DNA from: Candidatus Asgardarchaeum abyssi
Lineage (GTDB): Archaea; Asgardarchaeota; Asgardarchaeia; Asgardarchaeales; Asgardarchaeaceae
DNA: 21,637 nucleotides
NCBI GenBank assembly: GCA_040225955.1
Contig: JBECUL010000037.1
Span: 1 to 21,637 of the forward strand
Reading direction: 5' to 3'
Under the pieces are notes generated by a model that was not told the origin of the DNA, ran no database searches, and worked only from the letters and a program-made list of their open reading frames with translations. The translations under genes were made by a program, and so were the position numbers. This document shows positions 1 through 8,625 of this stretch, piece by piece. How positions within the stretch are numbered: position 1 is the stretch's first letter; each line of letters starts with the position of its first letter.

Positions 1-1
1 T

Positions 2-67
2 CGTAAGCTGAAGCGGTTCAATAATATGGCGGAATTGGGTAAGAGGGTGCTGTTGGAGGTGACATAA
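2..67 (+). CDS. 3' end of an ORF entering from the left edge, product unknown (possibly a transposase)
   Basis: Frame +2 is open from the edge: RKLKRFNNMAELGKRVLLEVT*. The region is GC-richer than the host genes and is followed by a hairpin at 139-165. Confidence 0.3.
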   Translation, partial: RKLKRFNNMAELGKRVLLEVT

Positions 68-138
68 AAAATAAAAGGGAGTAACGAGAACGGGTTATAG
101 AGCGACGAAGTTTTTCATAGAAAAATAAAAATAGAAAA

Positions 139-165
139 CAGGGGCTTTTGGAATCCAAACCCCTG
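139..165. repeat. Imperfect hairpin (terminator or mobile-element end structure)
   Basis: CAGGGG-CT-TTTGG-AAT-CCAAA-CCCCTG forms a stem with a 2-nt bulge. Confidence 0.45.
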
Positions 166-262
166 TATCATCCAACACTCCCTTGTCTCCCCCTAAAAGG
201 GAATAACAACCCCTCTGTATTTTCCGACTCCAACAGTCATATATATTTTTTCTTCTCTTCTG

Positions 263-276
263 TTTTTAAACTTTTC
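263..276 (-). promoter_or_regulatory. Leftward archaeal BRE/TATA promoter
   Basis: Minus strand reads GAAAAG-TTTAAAAA, which predicts a transcription start near 240. Confidence 0.45.
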
Positions 277-305
277 TTATATAACCTTTTTTCCAATAAA
301 AGAGC

Positions 306-323
306 AAAATAAGACCTTATTTT
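306..323. promoter_or_regulatory. Palindrome, candidate operator
   Basis: AAAATAAG-AC-CTTATTTT has perfect 8-bp arms. AAATAAGACC recurs at 378-387. Confidence 0.3.
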
Positions 324-547
324 TTAAAAATAGTCGTAATTCTTTTCGTTTTTCAATAAAAAAGAAGAATTTTTACCAAATAAGACCATATAAGAGTTAT
401 TTTTCTCATTTTACCTTGTGATTTTTTATAATTTTCTGAAAAATAAATAACAATTTATACATTTTGAATCGTAAAAATTTTATTATGTTATTATCATTAA
501 AAGATATTGTTTTTTATAAAAAATAATAAAATTAATAGTGTGAGAGT

Positions 548-2170
548 ATGACTGTCGAGCTTGAAAAGCTTTTCAATAAGTACATAAATTACATTGCTGA
601 TGAGTATGGTCTTAAAGTACCTGATCTATTGCCACATATTACCCTTAAAAGGATTGATCGTTACTGCGAAGTAGGGGAACTAAAATGGTCTTGGGGTGTT
701 TGTTATAAAAACAAAGAAGAAATCATAGTTGATGAAAATCTTGATAATAAAATAATAAAGCTTGTCCTAGCTCGTGAAGCCTTTAATTTGTGTATTCCAT
801 CGTCGATATCACATATAGAAATAGCTAAGGATTTAGGATGGGCATTTGCATTAAATATAACGAAGGATAAAAAACTTCAAAAGGAATGGATTAAAATATG
901 GAACAAAATCGTTGGTAGCATTAAGGTGAATCATTTACTTTATTGGCCATCTAACTTCTTTTATGCTGCCTATGTTATAAAAAAAGATCAATTTCTTAAG
1001 AAATTAATTTTTTACTTTAAGTGGCTCGAGAAAGAAAATATAAAGGTGAGCGAAGAAAATTACGTAAAACTAATAAAGGAAATGCTTGGCGAGCTAGGAT
1101 TCAAGTTCAGTGATACGGATATTAAAATAATAGATCTATTGATTAAGAACCCGAATGTTACCAATAAGGAAATTGCAGAAAAGATTAACATATCGTACCA
1201 GACTGTACATAAAAGAGTTAAGAAACTTAAAGAGATTGGTGTATTACATTGTGATTGGTATATTAATTATCAGAAGATTGGTGTAAATATTTTAAACTAT
1301 CACATCGATCTATTAAACAAAGATGATAGTATAAAAGAAACTTTAAAGAGAAATCCTTTTTTGTATGCACTTACAGAATATTATGATACTTTGAAAAGTT
1401 ATGATGCCACTTTTCTTGTTCCACTTCATCCTCATAACTTTCATCTGATGAATTTGCTTGAGAAACCATTGGAAGAACATTGTCACAATTTGATAGTTTT
1501 TAGACCCTTTTGTGCTCGTTATGGCTGGAATTTCCGTCTTTATGATTCAAAGTCTCATAGATGGAATTTCAATCCTGATGTATGGCTGTTAACTGTAAAT
1601 AGAATGAAAGATTATGCAGATTTGATATATCCTTGTCCAGGCAAGCTTCCTGATATGAAGAGAATAGTTAATATAGATAAGAGAGATATAGAGATACTAT
1701 ATCATGTTAGCGTAAAAGGTATTTCATCAATCCGTGCTCTAAGGAGCATATTAAAAATAAATACAAATGAACTTATAGCCAGAATTAATAGATTAAAAAA
1801 GAATGGAGTTCTCTTTAAGCAAGTAAGTCTTCGTTTCACAGGCTTAACAGACAATCTCTCTATCTTTCTAAAGATGAAAAAAGAGAACGCTCCTCTATAT
1901 TTTATTGCAATATCACAGATACCTTATCGTTATTCATTAGCGCAATATGAAAATAATTTGTTTGTCATCAAGGGCATTTTATTTCTACCTAAGGGAACTG
2001 CAATAAAAATGATGCAATACCTCTATACATTTTTCTCTAAATATACTGAGTTTATAGATATACACTTTGGTGGTTTGTCCCTAAGCACTCTTAGTCCTTT
2101 TAATCCATCTTGGTGGGATGAAAAAAGAAATTGCTGGAAAGCCTATGATGAGATTATGGAGACATACTAG
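548..2170 (+). CDS. Large transcriptional regulator: N-terminal degenerate IrrE/ImmA-like domain plus two Lrp/AsnC-type wHTH modules
   Basis: 540 aa. HTH1 is DTDIKIIDLLIKNPNVTNKEIAEKINISYQTVHKRVKKLKEIGVL and HTH2 is DKRDIEILYHVSVKGISSIRALRSILKINTNELIARINRLKKNGVL. Each is followed by a RAM-sized alpha/beta segment. Confidence 0.8.
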   Translation: MTVELEKLFNKYINYIADEYGLKVPDLLPHITLKRIDRYCEVGELKWSWGVCYKNKEEIIVDENLDNKIIKLVLAREAFNLCIPSSISHIEIAKDLGWAFALNITKDKKLQKEWIKIWNKIVGSIKVNHLLYWPSNFFYAAYVIKKDQFLKKLIFYFKWLEKENIKVSEENYVKLIKEMLGELGFKFSDTDIKIIDLLIKNPNVTNKEIAEKINISYQTVHKRVKKLKEIGVLHCDWYINYQKIGVNILNYHIDLLNKDDSIKETLKRNPFLYALTEYYDTLKSYDATFLVPLHPHNFHLMNLLEKPLEEHCHNLIVFRPFCARYGWNFRLYDSKSHRWNFNPDVWLLTVNRMKDYADLIYPCPGKLPDMKRIVNIDKRDIEILYHVSVKGISSIRALRSILKINTNELIARINRLKKNGVLFKQVSLRFTGLTDNLSIFLKMKKENAPLYFIAISQIPYRYSLAQYENNLFVIKGILFLPKGTAIKMMQYLYTFFSKYTEFIDIHFGGLSLSTLSPFNPSWWDEKRNCWKAYDEIMETY

Positions 2171-2201
2171 GTGGGAGTTTCTCTATGTCTAAATGAAATA
2201 A

Positions 2202-3179
2202 CTAATAGCGCTTGATATCCTTATTCAATAAATCACTATGTTTTATAAGGCTCTCCATGATTGTTGCCATCGTTGAGAGTGAAATATTTTTTGTGTTTCT
2301 AAACAAATTTTCATTATGTATTAATATCTCGAAAAACAACTTCCTAATACGCCTGCCAGAGAGTCCTTCAGTCATTTTAATAAATCTCTGTAAATACTTC
2401 TCATAATCCTTATCATTTTTCTCCATTAATCTGTTATTAAAAATGCTCTCTAAGGCACTTAAAGTGTCTTCTATAATCAACTTTCTCATTTTTTCATTCG
2501 GTAGGTCTATCCTTATCAACAAGTCAACTCTATCAACAAAAGCCTCATCAAGGGCTTTGGGATAATTTGAGGTTGTTATAAGATAAAGATTATCATTTCT
2601 TGACAATAAATCTAACTGGTTCAACGTTTCATTAATTCCTCTGAAAACATCAATTGGATTTACATCAGAAATCGCTACACCTCTACTTACGAGAAGAGAC
2701 TCTACTTCATCAACAAGTACAATAACTTGCTTATTATCATCTGCAATACTATTGAGATACGTAAATGCTAAATTAATAAATTTAGGTGTTTCTCCAAGAT
2801 ACTTAGAAAGCACACTAGGAGCACTAATCTCAAAAAATAATACCTCTCCACTATAATTTAATTCATTGTAGAGTGTTTGTGCAAAAACATTAGCTAAACC
2901 TCTTGCTAATGATGTTTTTCCAGTTCCTGGTGGGCCATATAAAAGAAGTAACCTATGAAGAGCGAGCGATAAGTCTTCGATACCTTTGTTTTTCGTTCGA
3001 AAAAGCAATTTTAAGTAATTTAAAAGTCGAGTTTTAATTTCGGGTGGAACAAAAATTTTATCCCAAAAACTATTCCAGTCATTCCTAGGCAGTTTAATTG
3101 CAATTGAAAAATAGGCTAAATATTCTGGTGGTATATCAATAGTATAATCTATAGGAAAATCGCTTTCCCTGCGACTCAT
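2202..3179 (-). CDS. Pch2/TRIP13-family AAA+ ATPase
   Basis: Walker A GPPGTGKT, Walker B VLVDEVES, NPIDVFR helix, TTSN sensor 1, AFVDRVD arginine finger, GLSGRRIRKL sensor 2 and an N-terminal LP...WD motif. The start is placed at ATG 3179 because GGTG and a TATA box (about 3195-3205) lie upstream; the track's TTG at 3248 is less likely. Confidence 0.85.
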   Translation of the reverse strand: MSRRESDFPIDYTIDIPPEYLAYFSIAIKLPRNDWNSFWDKIFVPPEIKTRLLNYLKLLFRTKNKGIEDLSLALHRLLLLYGPPGTGKTSLARGLANVFAQTLYNELNYSGEVLFFEISAPSVLSKYLGETPKFINLAFTYLNSIADDNKQVIVLVDEVESLLVSRGVAISDVNPIDVFRGINETLNQLDLLSRNDNLYLITTSNYPKALDEAFVDRVDLLIRIDLPNEKMRKLIIEDTLSALESIFNNRLMEKNDKDYEKYLQRFIKMTEGLSGRRIRKLFFEILIHNENLFRNTKNISLSTMATIMESLIKHSDLLNKDIKRY

Positions 3180-3481
3180 AGTTTGCACCATTGATTTATA
3201 TAATTTTTGTAAGACATTAAAAAAGTAATTAATAAATTTTCCTTCCAAAATGTAACTTTATAATTAGGTGCAAAATTAACCTTTTTTGCAAATCTTGGTA
3301 CTAATCAGATTCACACGATAGTTTGAAAACAAGATATCCCTTAGAGTATCGATAATCTCCATTAACATCATTTTAGAATAAATAAAAAACTATACCAACC
3401 TAATTGCAATATATAACTTACTATTTCCTCCAGCAAACTTTCAAGTACGCGAGTATTAACAAATTGGGTTCGTAATTTTTA

Positions 3482-4432
3482 TCATTTAAACTTTGGTATG
3501 ATATGTTCCTCCACTATTCTCATCATTTCTATTTCATATTTGTATGGAAACATAAGTATCACAAGCTCGATGCCGAGTTTGCAATATTCTTTTAGTTTCT
3601 TAATTATATCATCTGGAATGCCTATTAAGAGGTTCTTCTTTTGTTCAAGAAAATCATTAGGAGAAATCCCTTTCCTCTTTGCAAGTTCTTTAATTTTACT
3701 CCATAAGGATTTTTCATTTTCAGCTATTACTGTGATTAACCCGATGGACTTTCTAATATCATTAAAATTTCTGTTTATTTCCTTACAGTATTCTTTTAAA
3801 ATCTCAAGTCTCTCCTTATACTTCTCAGGCGATAATGTCCAAGCAAAATTTAACCCATCTGCTAACTCTGCTGTAACTCTAAGAAGCCTATTACTAGTCC
3901 CACCTACCCATATTGGTGGATGTGGCTTTTGTACAGGCTTTGGAACATTAATAGCCTCTTTTATTCTATAATATTTTCCTTCAAAAGTTGGTGCATCTTC
4001 GGTCCACATCTTTTTCAGTATTATAATTGCTTCTCGCAACTGTTTTATTCTAATAGATGTTCTAGGAAAGGGTATTCCATATGCCTCATATTCAATCTCT
4101 TTCCAGCCAGCACCAATTCCAAACTCAACCCTCCCATTACTAATGACATCAACGCATGATACAATTTTAGCAAGGACCGACGGATATCTATATGACTGGC
4201 AAGTAACCAAAGTGCCAAGTCTTATCCTTTCTGTTTGCGTAGCGATTGCAGTTAAAATTGTCCATGTTTCGAAACAATTTTTATCTATTGAGTTCTTATC
4301 CAAGAAAAAATGGTCTGAAAACCATATTGAGTGAAAACTTGATTTATCCGCAGTTAAAGCAATCCTTTTTATTTCATCATAAGTAAATCCAAACTGAGGC
4401 TCTATCTGAATCCCAAACTTTAATTGGCACAT
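3482..4432 (-). CDS. LLM-class (probably F420-dependent) oxidoreductase
   Basis: WFSDHF, RLGTLVT..SYRYPSVLAK, DVISNGRVEFGIGAGW, PKPVQKPHPPIWVGG motifs. Confidence 0.92.
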   Translation of the reverse strand: MCQLKFGIQIEPQFGFTYDEIKRIALTADKSSFHSIWFSDHFFLDKNSIDKNCFETWTILTAIATQTERIRLGTLVTCQSYRYPSVLAKIVSCVDVISNGRVEFGIGAGWKEIEYEAYGIPFPRTSIRIKQLREAIIILKKMWTEDAPTFEGKYYRIKEAINVPKPVQKPHPPIWVGGTSNRLLRVTAELADGLNFAWTLSPEKYKERLEILKEYCKEINRNFNDIRKSIGLITVIAENEKSLWSKIKELAKRKGISPNDFLEQKKNLLIGIPDDIIKKLKEYCKLGIELVILMFPYKYEIEMMRIVEEHIIPKFK

Positions 4433-4511
4433 GAAAATCCCTCAAAAAAGTATAATTTAAATATATTCTGGTAATGATTAAAAGATAACTAATGGATAGA
4501 TCGATACATAG

Positions 4512-5327
4512 GTGTTATTCATTATGACATTATTACCATATATCTCTTTTCACACTCTTTTCATAATGCTTTTTGTGTGTATTATAATAGTGGCACTAAC
4601 AATCTACTCTCTCTACGTTTTCCCATGGATTACTGGCTATCTGAAACTTGAAGTACAAAATTTCAATATTAAAGAAAATTCAAGAATTCTAATAATATCA
4701 GATTTACATATTAAATATAAAAAACAAAGGCAACCGAACCTTGATAAACTTCTCAAGATAATAAGAGAAAAAGAGATAGACACGTTAATTATCGCAGGCG
4801 ACTTCTTAGATAATCACTTAAAAATATCTCTTAATCAGCTGAAAAATATAGTAATTGAAGGATTGTCAAAGATTGGGGTTGACAAATTTGCAAACTTAAG
4901 GGTTTTCTATGTAATGAGTCTATCTTCTCACGACCCAATAATTAATGACACACTCATTGAATTTGAACATGATGACTCCCTAAAAGTGACTATAGTACGA
5001 GGGGCTCTTAAAATAACTATTGGTAACTGTAACTTTTTAGTTCTTCATGGAGATTATGCAGCACGAAATGGTGCTGTAGCCAGGTTCATAAATCTGTTAA
5101 TGCTGAAACTTAGGAAACAGCAACTATATATAGAGAAGTTGTTAAAAAGAAAACTACAATTATCTAAGAATGAATGGTTAATTATGGGCCATACACATAT
5201 AGCTGGAATTGACTATAAGTATAAAGTCGCAAATTGTGGTTCTTGGAGCGGGCATCTTGGTAGATTTAAAACTGAAACTGCATTATTCTTAGAAAAAGGA
5301 TGTCGCTTTACTCTCCTACAACTATAA
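4512..5327 (+). CDS. Membrane-anchored calcineurin-like metallophosphoesterase
   Basis: N-terminal hydrophobic segment and ISDLH, AGDFLD, SSHD, LHGD, MGHTH, NCGSW motifs. The start may be ATG 4524. Confidence 0.85.
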   Translation: MLFIMTLLPYISFHTLFIMLFVCIIIVALTIYSLYVFPWITGYLKLEVQNFNIKENSRILIISDLHIKYKKQRQPNLDKLLKIIREKEIDTLIIAGDFLDNHLKISLNQLKNIVIEGLSKIGVDKFANLRVFYVMSLSSHDPIINDTLIEFEHDDSLKVTIVRGALKITIGNCNFLVLHGDYAARNGAVARFINLLMLKLRKQQLYIEKLLKRKLQLSKNEWLIMGHTHIAGIDYKYKVANCGSWSGHLGRFKTETALFLEKGCRFTLLQL

Positions 5328-5328
5328 T

Positions 5329-5943
5329 TTAGAATATTTTTTCTCCCATAACGTTCGGATTATTGTCGTATATTTCTTTTATTTCAAATATATAAACGGG
5401 AGTTTCTTTCCATTCTCGTCTTTCATACTGATCTGGAGTTACGTGAAACAAATCATGTACTGCGTTTACAAACTCCCAATAGAGGTCATCGGTATGAATG
5501 GTCGCTTTACATCGTACTTCATATGTTGTACTTGGAGGCATAAAGAATAATATTGTTGCATCGTTATTATCTTGCAAATTAATCCAAGTATGTTTTTTGG
5601 CGAGCTCAATTGTTGAAAGTTTATAGAAATCTACTTTTTCATCATCATACACGGTTTCCAATAGTAACCTTATTCTCTCTTTCAAGACTATATTCTTATT
5701 CAATGCCTCTTTTAACTTTTCAACGGAATCTTTCAAAAACTCTTCTTTAACAACAAATCCAACTCCTTTTATTGAAGCATTAAGTCCTGCTGGTCCATGT
5801 GTGATAATAGCAGGGGTGTGTCTTAAGAACCCTACAAGTGTATCTTCTTGTGTTAGCTTATTGTTTAGCATCTTCAATACGAGCTCTCTTCTCTCATAAA
5901 AAGCCCATTTTATAAATTTCTTAGGTATGGCTTTACTTACCAT
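5329..5943 (-). CDS. Conserved hypothetical protein, probable pyridoxamine 5'-phosphate oxidase-like FMN-binding split barrel
   Basis: HTWINLQDNNDATILF..P..TYEVRCKA and VYIFEIKEIYD resemble this fold. Confidence 0.6.
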   Translation of the reverse strand: MVSKAIPKKFIKWAFYERRELVLKMLNNKLTQEDTLVGFLRHTPAIITHGPAGLNASIKGVGFVVKEEFLKDSVEKLKEALNKNIVLKERIRLLLETVYDDEKVDFYKLSTIELAKKHTWINLQDNNDATILFFMPPSTTYEVRCKATIHTDDLYWEFVNAVHDLFHVTPDQYERREWKETPVYIFEIKEIYDNNPNVMGEKIF

Positions 5944-5954
5944 ATTTTTATCAC

Positions 5955-6701
5955 CTATCTGCTTATTTTTTCTTGAAAAATAGGCAGTGAGAATATCTGC
6001 TTCAAATTATTTATTATAAACTTAGGTATTTCCATTTCAGAGGACGGAGAAACATTTTTGAAAATGCCTCGTTTTATCCATACCGAAATAATTCCCACTC
6101 TATTAGCTCCAAGAATATCTGTTTTTACATTATCACCTATCATCACACACCTATTTGGCTTGGCTCTTGCAATTTTTAAGGCATATTTGAATACCTTTGG
6201 AGATGGTTTGTTGCACCCAACCTCTTCAGAAAATACCAATATATCAAAAAATTGCGAGATTCCTAATGCCCTTAATCTTTTCTCTTGGATCTCTATTAAT
6301 CCATCACTTATAATTCCCAATCTAATTCCTAGATTTTGGAGGCTCGAGAGTGTTGGAATTACATCAGGATACGGCTTTATGTTACTAAAAACATAATTCC
6401 AAAACTTCATTGTTAGCAGCTCAATTAAATCCTTATTGGGATTTATTCCTAAAATTTTTAGTGTTTCTCTAAATCTTATTCTTCTATCAAAAAGGCAAGG
6501 TTTTCCTCTATAGCGTTTATAAATGTTATCTGTTGCTTGTTTAAGTGCCTCTAAAAATTTTTTTGAGTTCGCTATTCCCAATGCTTGGATTAATTCTGCA
6601 ACTCCTTTGTTTGCAGCTTCCTTTACAGTTTCAAAATCATAAAGTGTTTCATCTAAGTCAAAAAACACAACATCTATATTCATCTTATCACCGGTCACCA
6701 T
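5955..6701 (-). CDS. HAD-superfamily hydrolase (subfamily IA)
   Basis: Motif I DLDETL, motif II ISDG, motif III KP, motif IV GDNVKTD. An alternative start is ATG 6683. Confidence 0.92.
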   Translation of the reverse strand: MVTGDKMNIDVVFFDLDETLYDFETVKEAANKGVAELIQALGIANSKKFLEALKQATDNIYKRYRGKPCLFDRRIRFRETLKILGINPNKDLIELLTMKFWNYVFSNIKPYPDVIPTLSSLQNLGIRLGIISDGLIEIQEKRLRALGISQFFDILVFSEEVGCNKPSPKVFKYALKIARAKPNRCVMIGDNVKTDILGANRVGIISVWIKRGIFKNVSPSSEMEIPKFIINNLKQIFSLPIFQEKISR

Positions 6702-6846
6702 TTACCTCTTACTTTGGTGATTTATACTATATATAAATTCAGTCAAAATGTCAATTCTACATTATTATGTGTTTATCTTTTGCTAAAAACTTATTACTAC
6801 CTATGACAAATCATTAGATATCTACGTAACTTACTTAATTATTTAG

Positions 6847-7668
6847 GTGGTCCACTTGGTTGATGAACGAATCGTGTTAAAAATTGGAGGATCTGTTCTC
6901 ACAGACAAAACAAAAGAAGAGCTATTGATAAAATCTGAGCTCATAGACAAAATTGCTGGTGAAATAAAATCTCTAATGGACAAAGGTTTCACATTTTGCA
7001 TAGTTCATGGAGTTGGAAGTGCTGGCCATCCCCCAGTTAAGAAATACAAATTACATTTAGGTTTCCAAAGTAAGGATCAATTAATTGGATATGCAGAAGC
7101 CCAAAATAGAGTAAATAGACTCAGACAGGAGGTTCTAGACTCCTTAGAAAGACATGGCGTTCCAGCTATCGAGTTCTATCCATCATCAATGATAATAAGT
7201 AACAAAATGATAGTAACAAAGTTTTTCTCTGAGGCTATGGAACGAATTGTTTCGACAGGTGTGGTGCCGGTTCTTTCTGGAGATATGGTTGCTGATCTTG
7301 CTATGGGGCTTTCAGTATGTTCAGGAGATATTCTTGTATTTGAGCTAGCACGAATATTTGGTTCTAAGAAGATTCTCTTTGGTGTTGATGTAGATGGTAT
7401 TTTCTCTGGTGATCCTAAGAAACAAGAAGCAAAGTTGATTGAAAACATTAACGTGGAACTATTACCTGAGTTGCTTAAAGAAGCCGGTGGTTCTTCAGGA
7501 ATTGACGTTAGTGGTGGTATGAAGGGCAAAATAAAGACCATGCTTCTGTACAAGAACTTCTTTGAAGATGGAGGAGAGGTAATAATTTTTAATTTAACAA
7601 ATCCAGAAAACCTTAGTAAGGTTTTAATGAATCCAGAGTCGGTAAAATTCACAGTTATCCGAAAATAG
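6847..7668 (+). CDS. ipk: Isopentenyl phosphate kinase (amino-acid kinase family)
   Basis: LKIGGSVLTDK, VHGVGSAGH (IPK-diagnostic His), VPVLSGD, SGD, DVDG, DVSGGMKGK. The start may be TTG 6856. Confidence 0.85.
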   Translation: MVHLVDERIVLKIGGSVLTDKTKEELLIKSELIDKIAGEIKSLMDKGFTFCIVHGVGSAGHPPVKKYKLHLGFQSKDQLIGYAEAQNRVNRLRQEVLDSLERHGVPAIEFYPSSMIISNKMIVTKFFSEAMERIVSTGVVPVLSGDMVADLAMGLSVCSGDILVFELARIFGSKKILFGVDVDGIFSGDPKKQEAKLIENINVELLPELLKEAGGSSGIDVSGGMKGKIKTMLLYKNFFEDGGEVIIFNLTNPENLSKVLMNPESVKFTVIRK

Positions 7669-7781
7669 GAGCCAATATCTTTAAATTTATTTTTATTTTT
7701 TATAAAATCCGCTTAAAGAATCTTTTTATATTACTTGATTTCAAATCACATTATCATCTATTTATATAAGGTGGTCTGCTG

Positions 7782-8549
7782 ATGAATAATCCAATACCAT
7801 TCCTGCCTGTCTTTGTATGGAACATGATAGCGGGCATAGTCTTTCCACTTGTTTACATATTCTTTGTCATAGGCCTCATGGGAAAACTTGTTGAGAAGGG
7901 TTTTCCTCAGGATCTATCAAGAAAAGTAATTCACATTGCTGCTGGTAGCTGGATATGGGTATGGCCTTTAATAGATCCCTCCGATGGATGGTCGTACATA
8001 TTTAACATAGCTGTTGCAGCCCTCTGGACTCTATTATTCATAAATAAAGGTTTAAAAGGAACGCCCGATGACACTGCTGTTAAAACCATGACACGAACTG
8101 GTAATCCAAAAGAGCTTCTACTTGGGCCACTATTCTTTACACTCTCAATGGAATATATTGGAATACTGCACTTTATGACATACATTGGTGTCGTAGTTAT
8201 GGGATATCTTGGTTGGGGCGATGGACTTGCGCCATATATAGGTGCAAGATACGGAAAGCATAAATACAAATTATTAGGCAGAGAGAAATCAATTGAGGGC
8301 AGTATAACTGTATTCCTTGCTGGATTCTTAGGAGCCTTGCTATTGTATGTCTTAGTATTCTACAGTTTTCCAACAATTGAGATGCTTATGTGGATGATAA
8401 TACTCGGTATTATTGCCACCATAGTTGAGGCAGTAAGTCCATCTGATGTAGATAACCTGCTAATTCCCGCTGTGTTATTAATCATAGCCTACATAATATC
8501 TGTTACCACTGGAATTTCTCTTTTCGAAACGGTAATCCCTCATTTCTAA
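7782..8549 (+). CDS. Phytol/farnesol/dolichol kinase-like integral membrane kinase (cytidylyltransferase family)
   Basis: Multiple transmembrane helices and SRKVIHIAAG, GWGDGLAPYIG, KSIEGS, DNLLIP motifs. Confidence 0.85.
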   Translation: MNNPIPFLPVFVWNMIAGIVFPLVYIFFVIGLMGKLVEKGFPQDLSRKVIHIAAGSWIWVWPLIDPSDGWSYIFNIAVAALWTLLFINKGLKGTPDDTAVKTMTRTGNPKELLLGPLFFTLSMEYIGILHFMTYIGVVVMGYLGWGDGLAPYIGARYGKHKYKLLGREKSIEGSITVFLAGFLGALLLYVLVFYSFPTIEMLMWMIILGIIATIVEAVSPSDVDNLLIPAVLLIIAYIISVTTGISLFETVIPHF

Positions 8550-8625
8550 TCTCTTTTTATATCTTTTCTTCAATTTCCGGCTTCTCCAAAATTTCATATA
8601 TCTCTATATCCATTCTTTATTAGAG

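Noticed and set aside
3180-3248. N-terminal extension of the AAA+ ORF from TTG 3248
   Set aside because: It overlaps a TATA-like AT tract. ATG 3179 (or 3191) fits the promoter and ribosome-binding signals better.
3276-3371. 31-codon minus-strand ORF (MMLMEIIDTLRDILFSNYRVNLISTKICKKG) upstream of the TRIP13-like gene, considered as a HORMA remnant or closure peptide
   Set aside because: Too short, no recognisable motif and no clear ribosome-binding site.
548-4432. Complete type III CBASS system
   Set aside because: No CD-NTase, HORMA or effector gene is recognisable in the window.
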